Positions 46,622 through 54,232 of a stretch of DNA of 54,232 nucleotides are shown piece after piece. Every line of letters begins with the position of its first letter. Position 1 is the first letter of the stretch. The position numbers were made by a program, and so were the translations under genes. This DNA is from Candidatus Parcubacteria bacterium (GTDB lineage: Bacteria > Patescibacteriota > Minisyncoccia > Phycocordibacterales > JAACPR01): assembly GCA_041158505.1 (NCBI GenBank), contig JBEBBG010000019.1:1-54232 (forward strand), in the 5' to 3' direction. The notes beneath the pieces were generated by a model. That model worked only from the letters and a program-made list of their open reading frames with translations. It was not told where the DNA came from and made no database searches.

Positions 46622-48769
46622 TTACCGCTGTCGGCTCTTTGCAATATCTGCCGCAACGTTTGGTGGAACCACTTCGTAGTGATCAAACTCCATAGTTGCT
46701 GAACCACGACCAGCTGTCATCGATCGAAGACGAGTAGTGTATCCGAACATTTCTGAAAGTGGTACGAGTCCACGAATTGCCTGGATACCCTGTCCACGCT
46801 CATCCATGCCCTGAATCTGACCTCGCTTTGATGCAATATCTCCAGTGATGTCTCCAGTATTTTCATCTGGAACAACAACTTCGACGCGCATGATTGGCTC
46901 GAGAATTGAAGCCTTTGCTTTTTGCGCTGCCTCTTGGAAAGCCGCAATTGCTGCAAGCTTGAAGGCGATTTCTGATGAGTCCACATCGTGGTATGAACCA
47001 TCAACAAGCTCTACAGAGACATCTACCATCTTGTATCCAGCAACGATACCTCGATCCATTGCCTCCTTCACTCCCTTCTCAACTGCAGGAATGTACTCGT
47101 TTGGAATAGCACCTCCCTTAATGTTGTTGATGAACTCGAAACCTTCGCTTCGCTTTACGTTCTTTGGAATCTTATCTGGGTCTGCAAGCGGTTCAAGTGG
47201 CTTGATATTGATGACCACGTGACCGTACTGACCACGACCTCCTGACTGCTTTACATACTTGTAGTTTGCATTTCCTTCAGTCTGGATTGTTTCTCGGTAT
47301 GCTACCTGTGGCTGTCCAACGTTTGCCTCAACGTTAAACTCACGCTTCATACGGTCAACGATGATTTCAAGGTGAAGCTCACCCATACCAGAGATAATGG
47401 TCTCTGCGGTCTCCTCATCTGAAGTAACACGGAAGGTTGGATCTTCTTCGGCAAGCTTCTTGAGCGCCATACCCATTCGTTCTTGGTCAGCCTTAGTCTT
47501 TGGCTCAATACGAAGTGACACTACCGGCTCAGCAAACTCAATCTTGTGGAGTTCAATTGGACTCTTTTCATCACAGAGCGTGTCTGAGGTATGTGTGTTC
47601 TTCAGACCTACTGCAGCAGCAATTTCTCCTGCGTACACAGTCTGCACTTCCTCTCGCTCGTTTGCGTGCATTCGAAGAATTCGTCCGAGTCGCTCCTTCT
47701 CTCCAGTTGTTGCATTGTACACGTATGAACCTGCTGAAACGGTACCTGAGTACACGCGGAAGTAGGTAAGCTGTCCAACGTATGGATCTGACTGAAGCTT
47801 AAACGCGAGTGCTGAGAATGGTGCATCATCAGATGCTTCTCGAGTTGCCTCTTCGCCAGTCTTTGGATCAATACCAGCGATTGGTGGAATGTCTGTTGGT
47901 GCAGGAAGGTAATCAACCACAGCATCGAGTACAAGCTGTACACCAGTGTTCTTGAGTGCAGAACCTGTAAATACCGGGATGATTTCTCGTGAGAGTACTC
48001 CCTTTCGAAGAAGTTTCTTCAACGTATCAACATCGGGTGTTGTACCCTCGAGGAATGCGTTCATTGCATCCTCGTCCTGCTCAACGATTCGCTCAACGAG
48101 CTCGTTGTGGTACTTTGCAGCAATCTCTTGGTACTCAGCAGGAACCTCGTGCTCCTTAATTTCATTACCCATGTTGCCCTCAAAGGTGTATGCCTTCATC
48201 TTGAGAAGATCAATCACACCCTGCACGCCGCTCTCTTCTCCCCATGGGATTTGTGCGCGAACTGCCTTTCGGGTCAATCGGTTCAAAATAGATTGGTATG
48301 ATCGCTCAAATGATGCACCAGTTCGGTCGATCTTGTTGATGAAACAGATTCGAGGAACTTGGTACTTGTCAGCCTGACGCCACACGGTCTCTGACTGCGG
48401 CTCCACACCAGCCACACCGTCAAACACCACTACTCCACCGTCGAGCACCTTCAAGCTTCGCTCTACCTCTGCAGTAAAGTCTACGTGACCAGGGGTGTCA
48501 ATAATATTGAAACGATGCTTCTTTGTAGCATCACCGCCGGTGTAGGTAGGAACCCAGAAACAGGTTGTTGCAGCTGAGGTAATGGTAATACCTCGCTCTC
48601 GCTCCTGCTCCATCCAGTCCATGGTCGCTGCTCCTTCGTGCACCTCACCAATTTTGTGTGAGACACCAGTGTAAAAAAGAACACGCTCAGTGGTCGTGGT
48701 CTTTCCAGCGTCAATGTGGGCAATAATACCGAAGTTTCGTACCTTATCGAGTGGGTAATCTCGTGACAT
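46622..48769 (-). CDS. fusA: elongation factor G
   Basis: [24 protein letters not shown]. Confidence 0.99.
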   Translation of the reverse strand: MSRDYPLDKVRNFGIIAHIDAGKTTTTERVLFYTGVSHKIGEVHEGAATMDWMEQERERGITITSAATTCFWVPTYTGGDATKKHRFNIIDTPGHVDFTAEVERSLKVLDGGVVVFDGVAGVEPQSETVWRQADKYQVPRICFINKIDRTGASFERSYQSILNRLTRKAVRAQIPWGEESGVQGVIDLLKMKAYTFEGNMGNEIKEHEVPAEYQEIAAKYHNELVERIVEQDEDAMNAFLEGTTPDVDTLKKLLRKGVLSREIIPVFTGSALKNTGVQLVLDAVVDYLPAPTDIPPIAGIDPKTGEEATREASDDAPFSALAFKLQSDPYVGQLTYFRVYSGTVSAGSYVYNATTGEKERLGRILRMHANEREEVQTVYAGEIAAAVGLKNTHTSDTLCDEKSPIELHKIEFAEPVVSLRIEPKTKADQERMGMALKKLAEEDPTFRVTSDEETAETIISGMGELHLEIIVDRMKREFNVEANVGQPQVAYRETIQTEGNANYKYVKQSGGRGQYGHVVINIKPLEPLADPDKIPKNVKRSEGFEFINNIKGGAIPNEYIPAVEKGVKEAMDRGIVAGYKMVDVSVELVDGSYHDVDSSEIAFKLAAIAAFQEAAQKAKASILEPIMRVEVVVPDENTGDITGDIASKRGQIQGMDERGQGIQAIRGLVPLSEMFGYTTRLRSMTAGRGSATMEFDHYEVVPPNVAADIAKSRQR

Positions 48770-48805
48770 ATGTGTGGAATTATAAAATTAGTAGTGTTCG
48801 TCGTG

Positions 48806-49276
48806 CTACCACGCGAAGTGTGCGAATGCCTTGTTTGCTTCCGCCATCTTGTGGACGTTCTCCTTCTTCTTTACTGCCTCTCCTTCATTCTTTGCAGCAA
48901 GCGCAATCTCATCTGCGAGACGCTTGTACATTGGAGAACCAGACTTTGATGCTGCAGCACCCTTAATCCAGGTCATTGCAAGGAAGAGACGTCGCTCTGG
49001 GCGAACTTCTCGAGGAACCTGGTAGTTTGCACCACCAACACGTCGTGATCGAACCTCAATTGTAGGCGCAGCATTCTTGAGTGCTGCATCAAAAATCTCG
49101 AGTGGATTTTCAACCTTCTCGGTTTCCTTAATACGATCAAATGCTTGGTACACAACCTTTCGTGCGGTTTCCTTTTTACCGCTCATCATGATGTGGTTGA
49201 TGAATTTTTCAACCTTCACCGAGCTGTACACGATGTCTGGCTGAGGGATATTTCGATTCTTTACTGGTCGTCGCAT
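48806..49276 (-). CDS. rpsG: 30S ribosomal protein S7
   Basis: RRVGGANYQVP, MAEANKAFAH. Confidence 0.98.
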   Translation of the reverse strand: MRRPVKNRNIPQPDIVYSSVKVEKFINHIMMSGKKETARKVVYQAFDRIKETEKVENPLEIFDAALKNAAPTIEVRSRRVGGANYQVPREVRPERRLFLAMTWIKGAAASKSGSPMYKRLADEIALAAKNEGEAVKKKENVHKMAEANKAFAHFAW

Positions 49277-49285
49277 AGTAGTGGT

Positions 49286-49702
49286 TTACTTATCTTTCTT
49301 TTGGCGCTTAGCTCCGTAACGGCTGCGTGACTTACCACGCTTCTCAACTCCTGATGCATCAAGTACGCCACGAACGATGGTGTATCGAATGTTAACGTCC
49401 TTTACACGACCACCGCGTAGCATAACTACAGAGTGCTCCTGGAGGTTGTGGCCCATACCTGGAACGTAGGCAGTTACTTCGAGGCCGTTGGTAAGGCGTA
49501 CGCGAGCAATCTTTCGGATAGCTGAGTTAGGTTTTCGAGGGGTTTTGGTTGTTACCTTGGTACACACACCGCGCTTGAATGGAGAGTCGTAGCGGGTTGG
49601 TCGGTTTTTAAGCGTGTTAAAACCACGTCGAAGCGCAACCGCCTTTGAACGGTTGGCTGTTTTTTGTCGATTCTTTCGAACTAGCTGATTAACTGTTGGC
49701 AT
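49286..49702 (-). CDS. rpsL: 30S ribosomal protein S12
   Basis: [24 protein letters not shown]. Confidence 0.98.
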   Translation of the reverse strand: MPTVNQLVRKNRQKTANRSKAVALRRGFNTLKNRPTRYDSPFKRGVCTKVTTKTPRKPNSAIRKIARVRLTNGLEVTAYVPGMGHNLQEHSVVMLRGGRVKDVNIRYTIVRGVLDASGVEKRGKSRSRYGAKRQKKDK

Positions 49703-49770
49703 ACAATAAAAAATCCCCTGAAATAAAGGTAGGGGTACTCTACTATAGAGCTCCCGTAAATGCAATAGCC

Positions 49771-50442
49771 CTATTCCCCGTCTGTGGCTAAAAGCTCAAT
49801 ACTGTAGAGGGCCGCTGCTGCTGAAGAGACCGTATATGCCACTTCCGTTACGCGTGGTAATACCTCAACACGAGAACTCCCCCTTGCCAGGGTTCTTCCA
49901 AGCGCTGCGGGGCGTGAGGCGTCAACCTGTCCTTGGCGCGGTGGGAGTACTGGCAAAGCAGCGGTTACTACATCTCGCAAGCTTGTCACGCCAGCGCTTG
50001 CGGTAGCCGCGAGATCCGTAACAAGGGTATCTGTTTTTTCTGCAATTCGCACGCGTGCATTAGAAAGCGTTGGATGCCCAGCAAGAAACGCGATAGCAAG
50101 CACCGTTAGTACACCAACAATCATTGGGAGTGACTTTGCGTATGCTGCAGGAAGTGATGAAACAGGCGCGGTTGGCAAACGAGAAATAAGTCGCTGTGCA
50201 ATTTTCATGGGTACCGGAGTTGCTAAAGTAGCCTTATCTTTCAAAGCCCTTTGGGGTTGCTTTGTTTTTGTTTGGCTTGGCGCAGGAATGTGTACAAACC
50301 ACTGTGAACCAATCTTTATCGCTCGAAGTGAGCCATCTCGACAACGTTTCCGAACGGACTCAGTCGACACACCAAGGATAGCGGCAGCTTTTGCCACTGA
50401 AAGAAATACTCTGCCGTTTGCACGGTACTCATCCTTACGCAC
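49771..50442 (-). CDS. excisionase-like HTH (HTH_17) protein with a TM segment
   Basis: [32 protein letters not shown]; start uncertain (GTG). Confidence 0.65.
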   Translation of the reverse strand: MRKDEYRANGRVFLSVAKAAAILGVSTESVRKRCRDGSLRAIKIGSQWFVHIPAPSQTKTKQPQRALKDKATLATPVPMKIAQRLISRLPTAPVSSLPAAYAKSLPMIVGVLTVLAIAFLAGHPTLSNARVRIAEKTDTLVTDLAATASAGVTSLRDVVTAALPVLPPRQGQVDASRPAALGRTLARGSSRVEVLPRVTEVAYTVSSAAAALYSIELLATDGE

Positions 50443-50480
50443 AGAAAAATTGTAACGCAGCAATGCGCAAAACAAAACGT

Positions 50481-51125
50481 CTAGAACGTCACACCTGTGA
50501 GCAACTGGAAGACTGCCGCAACAATTGGTGTTACGAGCGGCCATAGAAAAAAGATAAAAAGTATCACGAGAAGCATTCCCCATCGCTCAAGAACATCCCG
50601 CCATGCACCATACTGATTTGGAAAGAGTGCAAAAAGAATCTTTGAACCATCGAGTGGCGGAATAGGCATCACATTAAAAATAGCCAGCACGATATTTACC
50701 TGCACAATGAGCAGCGCTACGAGGAGCATGGTCTGATCAATCGGCACGAAACGAATCACCAGCGCAAAAACGATAGCGAGGAGGATATTTGAAAGCGGCC
50801 CCGCAATGGCAACCAGGAGTTCTCCCCACCGCCGGTTGCGTAGATTGTATGGATTGTATGGGACCGGTTTCGCCCACCCAAACACAAACCCAGAAAACGA
50901 AAGGAGGATTGGCAAAATCACAGAGCCAAATAAATCAAGGTGTTTTATAGGATTTAGGGTCAGCCGACCGGCGTAGAGAGCCGTTTTATCCCCTAGAGCA
51001 AGAGCCGCATAGCCATGCGCCACCTCATGAATAACCACCGAAATGATGAGAATTGCTACAATCAGAAGTGTTGTTGCTGGTTCCATAGACCCTTGCATTA
51101 TATAGAGCGTCTGGTAGTATGGCAA
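50481..51125 (-). CDS. site-2 protease (M50)
   Basis: HEVAH, AGPLSN, NVMPIPPLDG. Confidence 0.93.
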   Translation of the reverse strand: MPYYQTLYIMQGSMEPATTLLIVAILIISVVIHEVAHGYAALALGDKTALYAGRLTLNPIKHLDLFGSVILPILLSFSGFVFGWAKPVPYNPYNLRNRRWGELLVAIAGPLSNILLAIVFALVIRFVPIDQTMLLVALLIVQVNIVLAIFNVMPIPPLDGSKILFALFPNQYGAWRDVLERWGMLLVILFIFFLWPLVTPIVAAVFQLLTGVTF

Positions 51126-51141
51126 AACTTAATTCAAACGT

Positions 51142-51384
51142 ATGGCAAAAGCATGTGCACTCACGGGCAAAAGCTCACAAGTAGGCGGCGGTTACTCAAA
51201 CCGTGTCCGTGCTACGCAGTTCAACCCAGTCGGTAAGCGACGACGCTACGCAAACCTCCAGAAGAAGCGTGTCTTCATCCCAGAGCTCAACAAGACCATG
51301 GTCCTCACCCTTTCAACAAAGGCTATCAAGACCATCAACAAGAAGGGTCCATTCAAGGCACTCAAAGACGCCGGCCTTATCTAA
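51142..51384 (+). CDS. rpmB: 50S ribosomal protein L28
   Basis: CALTGK, RRRYANLQ, LSTKAIKTI. Confidence 0.85.
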   Translation: MAKACALTGKSSQVGGGYSNRVRATQFNPVGKRRRYANLQKKRVFIPELNKTMVLTLSTKAIKTINKKGPFKALKDAGLI

Positions 51385-51441
51385 GTTGCCCTAGGCGGTG
51401 CGCCACACTAAACACAACGATAATAAAAGAAAACGAATCCC

Positions 51442-52032
51442 TCACAGGATTCTTGGAAAAAAGCCCACCAAAAAGGGCGTTTTTTCTTTGTACGTTCTCC
51501 AGGCTGATCCGAACTCGCGTTCGCAGTAGACTTCCTCGGTGCGAGCGGCTTTGATTGCACCGATGTGCCAGACGAGCGCAATAACGAGCATTGGGAGGTT
51601 GGCAAAACAAAGCGACACACCCCACACAAAAAGCATGATACCGAGGTAGTACGGATGCCGCGAGTAGCAATACATGCCATGTGTAGTGAGTGCACGTTCG
51701 GGTGGCTTGGTCCCAAAGCGTGTCCATGTCTTGCCGCGAGCTGCACGAGCCATGTAGCAGGTGAGCACACCAAGAAAAGCGACGGCTCCGGTACTCACCT
51801 GCCACAGCAGCTCCACTTCATCTGGCAGCGTCACATAGGCGCCAATGCCAAACCACTGCAGTAGCGTGGTCACAACAAAGAGAATCAGGAGCAACTCCTT
51901 TCTCAGAAATTGTCCCAGATTTTGTGCCTTACCTGCGGCGCCCCAACGACTGTTTGCCAGGGCACGCATCACGAAGAACGAGATAAAGACGAGAGACGGA
52001 AGGATCATATTCATTAGTGATGCATACTGCAA
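51442..52032 (-). CDS. isoprenylcysteine carboxyl methyltransferase (ICMT/PEMT) family protein
   Basis: LTTHGMYCYSRHPYYLG, EE..C...FG. Confidence 0.85.
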   Translation of the reverse strand: MQYASLMNMILPSLVFISFFVMRALANSRWGAAGKAQNLGQFLRKELLLILFVVTTLLQWFGIGAYVTLPDEVELLWQVSTGAVAFLGVLTCYMARAARGKTWTRFGTKPPERALTTHGMYCYSRHPYYLGIMLFVWGVSLCFANLPMLVIALVWHIGAIKAARTEEVYCEREFGSAWRTYKEKTPFLVGFFPRIL

Positions 52033-52044
52033 ACTTTTAACGGT

Positions 52045-52893
52045 TTAGTCAACGGTCACCGTTTTGCCGTCCGAGAAAAAAGAGATTGTTCCTTCGAGAT
52101 CAGTACGGTGCGTTGCGACACCAAATCTGGTAAGTGTATCGAGCACCGACTGATGTGGATGTCCAAAATCATTATCCTTACCCGCAGAAATAGCCGCATA
52201 CTGAGGAGACACATACCCGACAAACACATCACTCGTCGATGTGTCAGACCCGTGGTGCCCCACCTTGAGCACATCGCAATCAAGATTCTCTCTATCCGTA
52301 TAGGCCAACACGCGTTCCACCACGATTGAAGCATCACCGGTAAGGATGAAGCACGTCTCGCCAAACACAAGCTTGAGTACCAGCGAACTATCATTTGTAT
52401 CAGCTGGATTCCAGGAAGCATCGGGGGCAAGAACATCCGCATACACATTATTGGTAGCATCAAGTAGTAGCCGATCACCTCGCGCCAGAACCTGTTGCGG
52501 GACGGCCGTAGCATCAATTGCGGCCGTTACATCATTTGCCTTTGTTGTCGAAGCAACAAAGAGTGTTGGAACGTCGTAGCTGGTGAGCACATCCACGGCG
52601 CCACCAATGTGATCAAGATCGGGGTGTGTGAGCAAAATACCATGAAGTGACTGCACAGAGAGCGGCAGCACTTCACCAAGGGCATGAAGTACCGCCTGAT
52701 TTGCGCCTGTATCAATGAGCAAACTGGTGGCATTGGGAGCTGTTACGAGAAGTGCATCACCTTGTCCCACGTCAAGAATATCTACACGAAGCACTGGCGC
52801 AGCAGATACTGCAAAAATCTCCTTACCTGCCCACCACAACCCAAGCGCAAGACCTGCAGCGGCCAGAAAAAGTATTGTCTGTCTGTACTGCAT
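52045..52893 (-). CDS. ComEC-type MBL nuclease domain protein
   Basis: DVGQGD, THPDLDHIGG, KVGHHGS, FGHPH. Confidence 0.9.
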   Translation of the reverse strand: MQYRQTILFLAAAGLALGLWWAGKEIFAVSAAPVLRVDILDVGQGDALLVTAPNATSLLIDTGANQAVLHALGEVLPLSVQSLHGILLTHPDLDHIGGAVDVLTSYDVPTLFVASTTKANDVTAAIDATAVPQQVLARGDRLLLDATNNVYADVLAPDASWNPADTNDSSLVLKLVFGETCFILTGDASIVVERVLAYTDRENLDCDVLKVGHHGSDTSTSDVFVGYVSPQYAAISAGKDNDFGHPHQSVLDTLTRFGVATHRTDLEGTISFFSDGKTVTVD

Positions 52894-52949
52894 AGGTTCA
52901 CGCTACCCTATCTGTTATACTGGGGGCGTTAAAAAATAATCAAATACAC

Positions 52950-53537
52950 ATGAGTTACACGCCAAAAACATTCACTATTCCAGAACTCAAAGGTATTTCT
53001 GCAACAACTATTGCCGAGCATCTAAAGCTCTATGAAGGCTACGTTAAACACGCAAACCTTATTTTAAGCGAACTACAGAGCCGCAACCCTGATACTGATG
53101 CGTACGCAATGGCAGAGCTGCAGCGCCGTTTTGCTTTTGAGTTTGATGGAATGCGCAACCATGAGTACTACTTTGCGTCACTTGAAGGTGGAGCAACACC
53201 GTTAACAGATCAAGCGCTTACCGATGCACTATGTGCACAGTGGGGTTCAGTAGAAACATGGCTCGCCGCATTTAAAACACTCGCAAAAACACGAGGTATT
53301 GGATGGGCAATGCTCTACTACGATCAGCACACCAAGCGACTCCTGCATGCATGGGTTGATGAACAGCATCTCGGACACCTCACCGGCTGTGTACCAGTTC
53401 TTGCACTTGATATGTGGGAACACTCATTCGTTGCAGACTACCAACCATCAGGAAAGGCAACCTACATTGAGGATTTCTTTTTCAACTTAAATTGGAATGT
53501 CATCGCGGAAAACTTCAAAAACGCAACGCGCGCATAG
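52950..53537 (+). CDS. Fe/Mn superoxide dismutase family protein
   Basis: EHLKLY, NHEYYF, GIGW, LDMWEH. Confidence 0.85.
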   Translation: MSYTPKTFTIPELKGISATTIAEHLKLYEGYVKHANLILSELQSRNPDTDAYAMAELQRRFAFEFDGMRNHEYYFASLEGGATPLTDQALTDALCAQWGSVETWLAAFKTLAKTRGIGWAMLYYDQHTKRLLHAWVDEQHLGHLTGCVPVLALDMWEHSFVADYQPSGKATYIEDFFFNLNWNVIAENFKNATRA

Positions 53538-53542
53538 CACTC

Positions 53543-54232
53543 CTACAACGCGACCACAGCAAACGGGACTGCACTTGCAAGCAGTGCCACCTTTGCTATG
53601 TATGAAAGAACTGCGCTCGTGAGCAACGTAAGCGGCAACACAAACACACTGAGAGAAGCAACCACCATAAGCAGCGCCGATAATCCCATTGCAATCGGCA
53701 CCACTGGCAGCACGAGCACATTTGCAAGAAGCGAAATGAGTGAAATCTCACCAGTCATATGCGCAAGCAGTGGTAAAACGGTTAGCTGTGTTGCTACGGT
53801 TGTTGCAACAATCTCTTGAACACCATATCGCTCGGGGAGAAAGCATACGTATGGCAACACAAGCGGCACACCATGCAACAAACCGAGCGTCGCGACAAAA
53901 GAAAGTTGAAAACCTGGGTCATAGAGCACAACGAGCGGGTTTTGGATAATCATAAGCACACCGGCTACCACGAGTGCTCGATTGACGTTGTACGTGCGAT
54001 CATTCCTGAGTGCGATAACAGCAAGCACTGCCATGATGCTTGCACGCACTATTGTTGAACTGGCGCCTGTCATTACTGCAAACGTGGCAATTGACGCAAT
54101 CGTAAGCACCAAGCTCGATGGTGGCGGCAAACGATGAAACAGCCGACGAATTGCTTCGGCAATAATGGTGACATTAAATCCGGAAAGCACGACAATGTGC
54201 ATCAGACCCGCTCGGCGAAACGCTTCAAGAAG
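53543..54232 (-). CDS. comEC: ComEC/Rec2 competence channel (partial, runs off the window)
   Basis: HIVVLSGFNV, RASIM, FQLSFVAT. Confidence 0.88.
   Translation of the reverse strand, partial: LLEAFRRAGLMHIVVLSGFNVTIIAEAIRRLFHRLPPPSSLVLTIASIATFAVMTGASSTIVRASIMAVLAVIALRNDRTYNVNRALVVAGVLMIIQNPLVVLYDPGFQLSFVATLGLLHGVPLVLPYVCFLPERYGVQEIVATTVATQLTVLPLLAHMTGEISLISLLANVLVLPVVPIAMGLSALLMVVASLSVFVLPLTLLTSAVLSYIAKVALLASAVPFAVVAL

Noticed and set aside
49771-50583. HTH_17 protein as evidence of a prophage or excisionase
   Set aside because: It has a TM segment and long tail, sits among housekeeping genes, and has no integrase or phage genes nearby. The ORF-track start overlapping the M50 gene is unlikely.
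1-54232. Alternative genetic code (UGA=Gly)
   Set aside because: Conserved genes translate full length under the standard code, and TGA ends plausible genes such as trpS and several accessory ORFs.

Overview
The window looks like a Patescibacteria/CPR (Parcubacteria-like) chromosome. Evidence: standard code, rpmD/L30 absent from the spc block, fragmented ribosomal operons, and many apparently leaderless genes. About 16-50 kb is translation core: infC-rpmI-rplT, map/secY, the spc and S10 blocks, tuf, rplJL and fusA-rpsG-rpsL, broken by several insertions. 0-16 kb is accessory. The most striking feature is at 0.3-6.1 kb, where eight direct 27-28 bp repeats (GT[T/G][C/A][T/C]A-N15/16-TCCAC[A/C]) fall at the boundaries between single self-contained genes or gene modules. 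Read on the minus strand, most copies open short conserved frames (W-x-x-V-x-[DE]-V-[RI]-T or V-[ED]-x-P-L-x-T-W-N-Q). This suggests an integron-like cassette array built on tRNA/tmRNA-end-like att sites; no recombinase is in the window. Other candidates: an unrecognised riboswitch-like leader on a carboxylate-amine ligase/M14 deacylase operon, a compact 6S-like RNA, a ParB-like/ECF-sigma/M3-peptidase block splitting rplB from rpsS, a family of structured elements at ribosomal-operon breakpoints, a beta-barrel-like protein in a presumed monoderm, an AroQ-methyltransferase fusion between tRNA-Trp and trpS, and three SET-domain proteins. All calls were made by eye, with no searches run.
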